64,000 nt of DNA from Candidatus Sumerlaeaceae bacterium (GTDB lineage: Bacteria > Sumerlaeota > Sumerlaeia > Sumerlaeales > Sumerlaeaceae), in NCBI GenBank assembly GCA_051003195.1, contig JBPCLP010000013.1:32001-96000 (forward strand), read 5' to 3'. Of the stretch, positions 49,682 through 58,350 are shown one piece after another; positions within the stretch are counted from its first letter, which is position 1; each line of letters opens with the position of its first letter. The notes below the pieces were generated by a model. That model was given only the letters and a program-made list of their open reading frames with translations. It searched no databases and was not told where the DNA came from. A program made the translations under genes and the position numbers.

Positions 49682-51187
49682 TCATATGACGTAGGTGTAC
49701 TCAGCTACCTGTGCCGAGCCTTCGGAGCCATACTGTGTACCATTGTTCAGCCGATTTCGCAAAGCCAGAGTTTTGATGAGTCGAATTGCAACCGCCGGGT
49801 TTGCCATTACAAATTGTTCGAGCTCGGCTGCATTGAACATAAGAGCCCACACCGGTTCATCCGCGCGGATAGTTGCGGTTCTTGGCCGCCCGGTCAGCGT
49901 TGCGTTCTCCCCCATGAAACTTCCTTCTCGCGACTCACGAGCAATCGCATTGCCATCACGCTGCACCACAACGGCTCCGCTTAGCAGTACGAACGTGCGA
50001 TAAGCGTCTTCACCCTGGCAGCAAAGCACTTCGTCTTTCTTAAAATGAACATAGCTCAGGATAGGTCGCGGTGCGGAACAGATGGAATACCACAGGGGAT
50101 CCACCAGGCCATCGATCACTGGCCGGATCGCGGCATCGCCTGTGATATGCACTTTGAGCTGATCGGATTCTGCCGTGCTTTCGCGCGGCGCAATTCCGTA
50201 CAACGCATGCAGCGCGGCCAGAGCTTCAGCTGCACCGCCCGGGCGATTACTCGGCTCCATTGCTACGAGTTGCATGATGAACTGTTCCAGCTCAAGTCGG
50301 CAGGGCCGAAAATCAGAAAGTGGCGGCAGGCCAGCCACGGTATTGCTTGAAGAATGCAGAAGAACCTGCTGGTGAAGGTCGAGGCGCAGTCCCGTATAAA
50401 GCGACCAGGCCGTGGCGCCGAGGCCCCACAAGTCCGTCCGCGCGCCAAACCACCGGCGATTGCACTCGCGCTGCTCCGGCGACTGGTAACCAGGAGAACC
50501 CAACCCGGTCTCCACAATATGGTGCGACACCAGCGAGCCCTGGCTTATTCCGAAATCCGTCAGCACGAAATGACCCGCACTGTCGCGAAGAATGTTGCCC
50601 GGTTTTATATCCAGGTGCAGGATGCTGGCCTGATGAGCGGCGTTCAGTGCACTCAGAATGTCACGCAGGAGCGCGACCAGGGTGGCCTCATCAATAGGCT
50701 TGCCGAGGAAGTAGTCGGTGTCGAGCAGGCTGCCGTCGGGGTGGTATTCCACCGCCATGAAACACGGGCTGCGTTCAAACGACCAGTCGTACAGCCGGAT
50801 AATGCGCTCGTGCTGCAAAGGCAATAACGCGGAAACTTCACGCTTCAGCATCGAAAGCTGATTGCCCGCTTCCGGCCGGTGGAAAAATTTAATCGCCACC
50901 AGTTCTGGCGGGATAGTCCGGGGATCGCCCGTTTCCAGGCAGGTGGCCCTGTAAACCGACCCGAATCCACCACGGCCAAGCTGGCTTTCCAGCCGGTAAC
51001 GGAACACGCCGTGAATCTCTGTGCCTTCCCCAAGGATGACTGGTTCGGCGCCACGCCCACTGCTACCCCGACGGTTGGGTGCCAGTTCGGTATCCAGGCG
51101 GCTGTCATGGGCCGCGGCAAGGCCGCTGCCGGTCGGCTCCGCGTTCACGGTTGGTGTGCTGTCTGGGAGATTGCTGTCAGGTATCAT
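49682..51187 (-). CDS. Ser/Thr protein kinase with C-terminal cNMP-binding domain
   Basis: GRGGFG, AIK, HLDIKPGN, DFG, YQSPE, DLWGLG; QGE..., LLSG and FMGE...RPRTATIRA phosphate-binding cassette; TTG 51253 is an alternative start. Confidence 0.9.
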   Translation of the reverse strand: MIPDSNLPDSTPTVNAEPTGSGLAAAHDSRLDTELAPNRRGSSGRGAEPVILGEGTEIHGVFRYRLESQLGRGGFGSVYRATCLETGDPRTIPPELVAIKFFHRPEAGNQLSMLKREVSALLPLQHERIIRLYDWSFERSPCFMAVEYHPDGSLLDTDYFLGKPIDEATLVALLRDILSALNAAHQASILHLDIKPGNILRDSAGHFVLTDFGISQGSLVSHHIVETGLGSPGYQSPEQRECNRRWFGARTDLWGLGATAWSLYTGLRLDLHQQVLLHSSSNTVAGLPPLSDFRPCRLELEQFIMQLVAMEPSNRPGGAAEALAALHALYGIAPRESTAESDQLKVHITGDAAIRPVIDGLVDPLWYSICSAPRPILSYVHFKKDEVLCCQGEDAYRTFVLLSGAVVVQRDGNAIARESREGSFMGENATLTGRPRTATIRADEPVWALMFNAAELEQFVMANPAVAIRLIKTLALRNRLNNGTQYGSEGSAQVAEYTYVI

Positions 51188-51306
51188 GATTATGCAGAGC
51201 CCGTTAGCTCCCAGGAACGTTGCCCGACAAAACTTCGATTCTGGCAGCAACAAAAAGTCTTGCTACCTATGCCAGAGCGGTATTGCAAGCCCGGAGAAGC
51301 TAAAAT

Positions 51307-53643
51307 TTACGCAAGTTCCGGCGCGTCCCATTCGCGTGATTCCAATGCATTGCTGATCGAGCGCACCCGGTAGGGCGTTTCTCCGCCGTCCGGGTGCTTG
51401 ATCAACACATCTTCGCCCGGTTTTTTGCCGACGAACTGCGCCATGAACGGCGATTGGTAGGACACAATGTTACGGTCGGGATCCGTTTCGAACCTTCCAA
51501 GGACCGTGTACTTCTCGATGCGCTTCTTTTTCAGGTTCTCAACTTCGCACGCGGTGCCGAATCCAATCACAGTGGTTGATACTTTCGACTTGTCGAAGAT
51601 ACGGGCAGTCTGTAGTGCCTGCTGCAGTTGCAGCGACGCCTGCATCAGGAGTTTTTGCTGCTCCTTCGCGTAAATGTAGCCCGCGTTTTCCTTGAGATCG
51701 CCTTCGCTGCGTGCCTTCTCAATTTCCTTTGAGTTTGCCGGGATCCTCACGGTGTTCAGTTCGTTTAGCTCGCGGAGCTTCAATTCCCGGGCTCGTTCCG
51801 TGCAGTAGTGCAGCGCATCGGCGCTGGCTTGGACAGCGGCTGCGATCCCCGCGGCACCGGTCGGCTTCTCTTCCAGCAGCTCTCGCTTTGTAAGGATCAG
51901 CTGCCGTTCCGCTGCGTGCCGATATGCCTCTGCCAGCGCGCTGTGCCCTTGAATGGTGCGCCGCAACCGTCGAGCCTGGTCCAGGCTCATCTGCTCGACC
52001 GCTGTGCAAAGCAGTGAGAAGCGGTCAGTTTCAAAGAGAGATTTCGTGCGGGACAGAAGCAGCTTCGCCGTGGCCTGGGTCGCTTTGTCGACACTCGGGC
52101 GATCCATCATCTTTTCCCAGGTGTCCATTCCATCGAGCAGTTCCTGCACCAGCCATGTGGCTGGAAAGTAGCTTTCCATATGCTTCCATGAGCCGTCGAT
52201 CATTTGCTTCACAGCCCACAGGTAAGTTTGCGGGTTCTCGAGCGGACGTTCGAACAGGCCCTGCACCGCGTGTATCGCGATATCGTTGTGGTGCTCAGGG
52301 TCGAGAGCTTTCCAGATGACTTGAGCGAGTTTGCTGGGAGCCTTCGGAAACAGTTTTGCGGCGAGTTCGAATCCGCGATCTCCATGACGCTCCATCAGCA
52401 GTCGTAACGCGCGCTGCGCGTGATCGGGATGTTCCATGTCAGCCAGTTCAGAATAGCTGTCATCAAAATCCTCGAGCAACCCGGTGGCGGCTGGTAGTGC
52501 GGTTGCTTCGTTTTTGACGGCGCTGCCGGCGAGCTCGCGCAGATCCTCCGCCAGCAACGCGCATTGCAGCCGGTCCGTGCTGCTCATTTGCCGAGCCGTT
52601 TTCTCATAGTCTTCACTCAGCGCCTTCAGCATACGGTTCACCAGTTCCGGTGAAGGAGTCTTTCCGGCGGCACCTCCCTGGGAGTTCTGAAGGTGCTTAA
52701 CGGCGTTGATACGTCCCGCCAGGTCGGCGTCCGGACCGAGGAACAGGTCCTGTACTTCCTCTTCAAAAGTTTTGGGCTTGGACCGCAGAATGATTTCCGC
52801 ATGTGCTCCTCCTTTCGCATCGAAATCCACAAGCGGATCCATTCGGAGTTCGCCGCGTGCTTTGGTCCACCACGTGTTCCAGGCTTTTTCGGAAACGACC
52901 CCGTTGATAATCTGCACCTTAAGTTCGCTTTGTTTCATGCGGCCCTTGTTGCTCTCGAGCACCAGCTTGATCAACTCGACAGGGCTTTCCTCTGCCAGGG
53001 CCATCAGTCGCTCAGGTTCGGTCGCCCGTTGTGCGAGGAAGTGAGAGGGCGGCAGGTAATTAAGGAAGTCACGCACGCCCGCCAATGTCAGGACGCGGCC
53101 CTTCTCGTTTGGAAAATCCAGCGAGACCTTTCCCTCGGTAAGATCGAGCGACTTTATAACACCGACTCCCCACGTAGCGTGTTCGTAAGCACGACCCGGG
53201 GAGAATTTCAGCAGCGCACGGAAGCGTTTCAAAGCCTGGTCAATCGGTGCGCCCTGTTCTATTTTGGATACGCGCAGTATCTCGGAAACGTTCGGATGAT
53301 CCTCGTATTTCGCACTGAGCGCCAGCACCACGGCGTTGCGGAATTCCTCGCTGTCGGGCCACATAGTTGCGGCAGCGTCTACGATGCGAAGGATCACCTG
53401 CCAGTCTTCGCGCGCCTCGGCGGCTGCGACAAGCTGGGTCAGCAGCATGCGTACGGCCTCAGGATCGTACGTTGTTGCACGTGCGCGAATCAACTGGTTG
53501 TAAAAATCCGCATCCTCGGGCGGTGCTGCGCACACGTCCTTCCATATTTCGAGTAGATCGGTGGCCTCGCCGTGCTTGGCGGTATACAGCACGCGATCGC
53601 GCAACGTGGATTCTTCAACTGCAGTCGAGTTCGGATCAGTCAT
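51307..53643 (-). CDS. greA: GreA/GreB-family elongation factor with long N-terminal extension (778 aa)
   Basis: C-terminal ARSEGDLKENAGY, IGFGT, VSYQSP; N-terminal HATWGVG and WNTWW as in long GreA proteins. Confidence 0.85.
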   Translation of the reverse strand: MTDPNSTAVEESTLRDRVLYTAKHGEATDLLEIWKDVCAAPPEDADFYNQLIRARATTYDPEAVRMLLTQLVAAAEAREDWQVILRIVDAAATMWPDSEEFRNAVVLALSAKYEDHPNVSEILRVSKIEQGAPIDQALKRFRALLKFSPGRAYEHATWGVGVIKSLDLTEGKVSLDFPNEKGRVLTLAGVRDFLNYLPPSHFLAQRATEPERLMALAEESPVELIKLVLESNKGRMKQSELKVQIINGVVSEKAWNTWWTKARGELRMDPLVDFDAKGGAHAEIILRSKPKTFEEEVQDLFLGPDADLAGRINAVKHLQNSQGGAAGKTPSPELVNRMLKALSEDYEKTARQMSSTDRLQCALLAEDLRELAGSAVKNEATALPAATGLLEDFDDSYSELADMEHPDHAQRALRLLMERHGDRGFELAAKLFPKAPSKLAQVIWKALDPEHHNDIAIHAVQGLFERPLENPQTYLWAVKQMIDGSWKHMESYFPATWLVQELLDGMDTWEKMMDRPSVDKATQATAKLLLSRTKSLFETDRFSLLCTAVEQMSLDQARRLRRTIQGHSALAEAYRHAAERQLILTKRELLEEKPTGAAGIAAAVQASADALHYCTERARELKLRELNELNTVRIPANSKEIEKARSEGDLKENAGYIYAKEQQKLLMQASLQLQQALQTARIFDKSKVSTTVIGFGTACEVENLKKKRIEKYTVLGRFETDPDRNIVSYQSPFMAQFVGKKPGEDVLIKHPDGGETPYRVRSISNALESREWDAPELA

Positions 53644-53895
53644 ATTGTTCGCATTACGTCCATAAGGAGTTTGGGTCGCGTTTTGGTTATAACACCGACA
53701 GGGGAGGAGCGTTCATTTTAATTGCCGATTACGACGAGGCTACGTAATCGAAGACGGGCATTCGGTACAGTTACCAATCTTCGCACCAGCTCTAAACAAC
53801 CGGCTTTAGCCTGAGCCAGCTTTGTCACCTCGACACCAATCAAGAGAGCGGGTTGCGCCAGGACAGCTAATTCCAGGCCTTTTTGGAACAGCCCG

Positions 53896-54420
53896 TTAAC
53901 GGCCCGTTCCGCTGCCTGTACCACCACTTGCTGTACCCGCCGAACCGTTGGACGTACTTCCGGGATGAGAAATGGGTGCACGATTCCGTTCGTCGTCCGT
54001 TTTTGTGGCCGGGTTTAATGTTCCGGTGTTGTTTGCCCCAAGGTTTGTTTGAGATACCGTATTGTCCGGTTTTACCCGGGGCAGGGTACCGCTGCGCACA
54101 CCTGGGTTCTGGATGACTGGCGAGCCGTTCGGGTTTGCAGCGGTGGCAGAGCTTAACACATCGCCCGTGCGCACGAGGTCAGTCGTGTATAGTCCCGGAG
54201 CGGTATTGCCGGCTCCCACCCTTGTACCTGGATCAGGAGTCCGAGCGGCTGGGCCACTGGCCGGCACCAGTGCGGCACCCGTGGGCGCGCCGTTTGGGCT
54301 GGTGGTCGTCGCAGCCGGTTCTGTGTTGGAAGGTCCGGTCGAATTGCTCTGAGACGGCTGCGCGGTTGAGCTGTCCAGCACGGCTGCTAGTAGTAAAATT
54401 GTTAAACCAAGCAATCTCAT
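53896..54420 (-). CDS. exported low-complexity Thr/Gly/Pro/Ser-rich protein
   Basis: GAGGTG RBS; signal peptide MRLLGLTILLLAAVLDSSTA. Confidence 0.6.
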   Translation of the reverse strand: MRLLGLTILLLAAVLDSSTAQPSQSNSTGPSNTEPAATTTSPNGAPTGAALVPASGPAARTPDPGTRVGAGNTAPGLYTTDLVRTGDVLSSATAANPNGSPVIQNPGVRSGTLPRVKPDNTVSQTNLGANNTGTLNPATKTDDERNRAPISHPGSTSNGSAGTASGGTGSGTGR

Positions 54421-54549
54421 GGCATCACCTCGTGAAACGTCTAGCCCCAGACGTGCAACGATCGTGCCCAAACACGGGAACGTCCCTGAATTCAGCCGCA
54501 GGGCCACCGCAAATACCCTATCGCATTCGCCGTTTCTGAATGCTCAGGA

Positions 54550-55644
54550 CTATTTCCCGCGAAACAGCTTCCCGACATAAATACTGCCGCCGGCGCTGAA
54601 GGCAATCCGCTCGCCATCGGGCGCTACTGACGGGTAAAGCTCCACAATGCCGGGTGTATTTGTAAGATTCGTGCGGACACTCCCATCCGCATAGGCATGC
54701 CACACATCGCTGTCTACAATGGCTCGGCCATCGCTCACCTGCTGATCGTACACGATGCCAGTGCTGTCGGGCAGCCAACTCGGATTTGTACCGGCACCCA
54801 GGTTCACGGAGCCCGATCCATCCACAGCTCCAATATACAACCCTGTTTCTGCGCCACGATAAACCACCCGTGTTTCGTCTGGCGACAGCTTGGGGGTGTT
54901 GAATCGATCCTCCGGTCCGGAAACCAGCAACTCGCGGTTTTCGCCTGGCCGCGTGGATGGAATAAAATAAATCTTTTCGTCGCGTGAAAAAACGCGTGCG
55001 GGTGCAGCGGGGGCGGGGTAGCGCTCGCCTGTAATCAGCACCTGATCGTATTGGCCGTCTGCGGCCCGAACACGCAGCGACATCCCGTCGCTGTTCCAGC
55101 TGAAGTCTTCACCACATTTGGCATCGTTCACGAGCGCTCGCACCGTTCCGCCAGGAAGAGCTCCGCTGATGAACACCGCGTTGCGTCCCTCGCGGGTGAA
55201 TGCAATGTCGAGCCCAACGGGAGACCACAGAGGCGAGATGTATCCCCCCGGATCCGTCGCTGCACGTGCATCCTGAATCTGGGCATTGCTTGTCTGCCAT
55301 GCCGGATAAACTACTTTGCTCGCCCGTGATGGAGCCCGTGCACCGACCGGGATCGGCTGCGTAATTGTGGGCTGCGTATCCATTGCCGGCGCGTTTTCCG
55401 TCTCGGTGGCTGCATGCCTTTCCAGCGACACAGAGCTGACGCTATCGCTGATGTTCTCCGTCTTTCCACTTTCAGGCGTGCCGAAAAGATCACGAGGCGA
55501 CAATACCTGTTCGGGGGTTGCCACGCCTCCGCCTGGTTGTTGAATCTGCTTCGTGCGCTGGGCGTGGTTCACGAGGTAAAGAGTAACGCTGACACTGGCG
55601 ACAACAAGTGAAGCCGCGCCAATCAGCAGCTCTGTTTTACGCAT
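54550..55644 (-). CDS. TolB-like (PD40) beta-propeller protein, N-terminally anchored
   Basis: PLWSP, WNSDG, PKLSPD, PSWLPD and PSVAPDGERIAF repeats. Confidence 0.75.
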   Translation of the reverse strand: MRKTELLIGAASLVVASVSVTLYLVNHAQRTKQIQQPGGGVATPEQVLSPRDLFGTPESGKTENISDSVSSVSLERHAATETENAPAMDTQPTITQPIPVGARAPSRASKVVYPAWQTSNAQIQDARAATDPGGYISPLWSPVGLDIAFTREGRNAVFISGALPGGTVRALVNDAKCGEDFSWNSDGMSLRVRAADGQYDQVLITGERYPAPAAPARVFSRDEKIYFIPSTRPGENRELLVSGPEDRFNTPKLSPDETRVVYRGAETGLYIGAVDGSGSVNLGAGTNPSWLPDSTGIVYDQQVSDGRAIVDSDVWHAYADGSVRTNLTNTPGIVELYPSVAPDGERIAFSAGGSIYVGKLFRGK

Positions 55645-55722
55645 GCAGGCTCCGGAACATGAGGCAGTGTTCTAGTGCAGCAAAATGGGGATGAAAGAAA
55701 ATACTAACTGCACTGTGCAGGA

Positions 55723-57426
55723 CTAACGAACAGCCGACTGCAGTTCCTGCGTCAGCGTTTGTTTAAGATCGGGAGTCGCACCCGTATGGACCGACCGAAT
55801 GGTGCCGTCGCGACCAATCACCACTAAATGCGGAATGCCTGACACGCCGAACGCCTGTGCGGCGCGCCCGCTGTCGAGTGCCACGGGAATACTCAGGCCC
55901 TGCTGCTTTGCAAACGCCTGCACGGTGCCGCTATCCTCGGCCATGTTCACCGCGTAGAACTCGACACCACGTCCGCGCCAGGCCTGTGCGACTTCTGCCA
56001 CTGCCGGCATCGCCTGTTTACAAGGCCCACACCACGTTGCCCAGAAATCCAGGACGACGGCTTTTTTCCCACGCAGATCCGACAGTCGAATAGTCCCGCC
56101 GTTTAGCAGCGGCAGCTCGACATCCGGTGCGCTGGCAACGGCCTTCGTCACGGGTGCGCTCATGCTGCCGGTGATCGGCGCCTGGAAATTCTGGGTGGAG
56201 GGAGCGTTCGGCCTCCGCCAGATTCCCTGCGCCGCGGGGGTGCCAAGTTGTTGCGTCTGGCCCTGCACTGCTACCAGCGGTGTCTGTTTCGGCGCCATGT
56301 TCGTTTGCGAGGCGCCCAGTCCCTCCGATAGTGACGGAACGGTTGTGTTGCTGCCAGTTCTCGGAGGTTTTTGTGTTAGAACCTGCGTTTTGATTTCAGG
56401 TGTTGCGGCAAGGGCCACATCCCTCTGTAGGTTCTGCATATCAGAAATCACAGGATCGATCGGTCGGCCTTTTTTCCTGACAGACTTCCCGGTGGATGGC
56501 TTCCAGTTCGCCGCCGCCAGGTTCGGCCCGCCAAGCTGGTCGACTTTCTGCGCACTCGCGGGCAGATTCAGACGAAACGTCGCATCCGGCAGGTCGACGT
56601 TTACCTTCCATGCGAAATCCACTTCCAGCCGCGAGTCCGCTCCGGACTGCCCGGCGGCAGGCGGCAGCGTCTGTGCTGTATACAGATGAACAGGAACGGC
56701 CGCCGGACCCATCGCAACCCACAGTTCGGTGTTCACTCCGCCCTGAAGTGGCACAAGTAGATGATAACAGGGCACTCCATAAAGCTCTTCAGGCTGCATT
56801 GCGGTCGGTGTCCCTGACATCACCTCCGCAAGTTTGGCGGGAGTCAGATCCGCCGAAAGCAGCGCGGCCGTAAGCTGGCCGAACGGGGATACCATCGGTG
56901 AGAGTCGATCATCTACCGTGTCGTCCGCCCCAAGAGCAGTTACAGTGTATTTGCTCAGAGATGGCAGGTAAAGCGTACAGTTCCTGCCATCGATTGCCAT
57001 CGCGTTGGAGCCCGACTCGCCCTGTGTCGTCCACACCACGCGGTCTGGCCGGCGCAGCCATACGCGCGAGCGGCTGGAATTGGTGCGTTCCATGCCGGAA
57101 ATAGTAAGTGTGGAGGTGCAGGTCAGCTCTGTGTAGAAGGCTTTCTGTGCCTGCAGATAATGTATGCATGATTCGAGCACCTGCACTGCGTCCAACGTCT
57201 GCATTTGAGGAGCAGCAGACGATGCCAACACGCCGGGTGGCGGGGGAAGTGGGGCGGCTGCATGCACTGGCTGTTGCTCGGAATACGTAACGCGATTCGC
57301 GGCGGGCGTCGAGACTGGCAGTTCAACCTGCGCTGAGATCAACCCGGTGAGCATAAGAAACGGCAGCGCGAGCGAAGCAAGGTGCTTACTTTGGACAACG
57401 GTTCTGCGGGGGCGGGCCATACTCAT
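55723..57426 (-). CDS. DUF2092-like (LolA-fold) domain fused to TlpA-type thioredoxin
   Basis: Signal peptide; LRRPDR...DGRNCTLY, ELWVAMG (LolA-like); LDFWATWCGPC, GIPH. Confidence 0.8.
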   Translation of the reverse strand: MSMARPRRTVVQSKHLASLALPFLMLTGLISAQVELPVSTPAANRVTYSEQQPVHAAAPLPPPPGVLASSAAPQMQTLDAVQVLESCIHYLQAQKAFYTELTCTSTLTISGMERTNSSRSRVWLRRPDRVVWTTQGESGSNAMAIDGRNCTLYLPSLSKYTVTALGADDTVDDRLSPMVSPFGQLTAALLSADLTPAKLAEVMSGTPTAMQPEELYGVPCYHLLVPLQGGVNTELWVAMGPAAVPVHLYTAQTLPPAAGQSGADSRLEVDFAWKVNVDLPDATFRLNLPASAQKVDQLGGPNLAAANWKPSTGKSVRKKGRPIDPVISDMQNLQRDVALAATPEIKTQVLTQKPPRTGSNTTVPSLSEGLGASQTNMAPKQTPLVAVQGQTQQLGTPAAQGIWRRPNAPSTQNFQAPITGSMSAPVTKAVASAPDVELPLLNGGTIRLSDLRGKKAVVLDFWATWCGPCKQAMPAVAEVAQAWRGRGVEFYAVNMAEDSGTVQAFAKQQGLSIPVALDSGRAAQAFGVSGIPHLVVIGRDGTIRSVHTGATPDLKQTLTQELQSAVR

Positions 57427-57482
57427 CAGGTGCTAGTACCATGACACCCCGAAGTGCGTTCGCAAGTGGAAGTCTACGGGCC

Positions 57483-58313
57483 TTATGGAGCCAGGTGCTG
57501 TCCAAGGGTGTCGAGTACAGTCACGTGGTCGGCTCCCGGTATTTCATGCAGCTTAATCATGGACTTATGTGCGGTCGCGAGCTCACGGCTCATTCGTACC
57601 GGGATGATCGGATCGGCATCTCCGTGAAGTATTCTAACTTCTGGAGGAGATGGACGTGCGGCGAGTGCGGCGAGCCGTTTCTCGTTATTGTAATTATGCG
57701 TAAGTACATTTGCCAGCACAGGCCCGACGACTTCGCGTGCCATCGACTGCATGGAGGTAAATGGCGCAGCCAGGACCGCACGCCGGATCGGATGCCGAAC
57801 AGCGAACTGCAGTGCCACGGCTGCCCCGAGCGAATGCCCCGCAATATTTAAATCGCCCTCGAGGTCCTGCGGTGTACAATGCAACCACGATGCGAGAGCA
57901 GCGAGTGCAGCTTCGCTGCTTTCCTCGATACTTCCGGGTGAAGCCGCTCCCTCGCATTTTCCGTATCCAGGATAATCGATCAGCAGGAAAGCAGCTGCGG
58001 GATCAGGTGCCTCTTTGACAATGTCCGACCAGAACAACGCAAGAGATCCATTGCCTCCAAAAAACAACCACAACCGGGCAGGCGCACTTGTAACATCGTC
58101 AGTATTCCTTGGTGGCACATAGAACGCCGTCTGTTTTCCGCACGCTGTCGTGTAATCGATCTCCACGCCACGTTCAGGAATAAGCCGCTTATAATCCGGA
58201 TGATACGGGCGCGGGTGATAAATCAGCTTCGCCTGAAAGAAAAACAGGAAAAGCCCCAACACGAGTAAGGCGATGGCCGTAATTTTGATTACTGACAGGA
58301 GCAGGCTGAACAT
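57483..58313 (-). CDS. alpha/beta hydrolase (ABHD13/Bem46-like)
   Basis: FQAKLIYHP, GGNG, DYPGYG, GHSLG, HGDAD, ADH. Confidence 0.9.
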   Translation of the reverse strand: MFSLLLSVIKITAIALLVLGLFLFFFQAKLIYHPRPYHPDYKRLIPERGVEIDYTTACGKQTAFYVPPRNTDDVTSAPARLWLFFGGNGSLALFWSDIVKEAPDPAAAFLLIDYPGYGKCEGAASPGSIEESSEAALAALASWLHCTPQDLEGDLNIAGHSLGAAVALQFAVRHPIRRAVLAAPFTSMQSMAREVVGPVLANVLTHNYNNEKRLAALAARPSPPEVRILHGDADPIIPVRMSRELATAHKSMIKLHEIPGADHVTVLDTLGQHLAP

Positions 58314-58350
58314 TCGTTTTCTCACGGCACAGGCAGACTGTTGGGTGAAG

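Noticed and set aside
13459..57494. Intergenic palindromes as integron attC sites or CRISPR repeats
   Set aside because: No RYYYAAC...GTTRRRY boundaries, no integrase or cas genes, no regular spacing; flanking genes are mostly housekeeping
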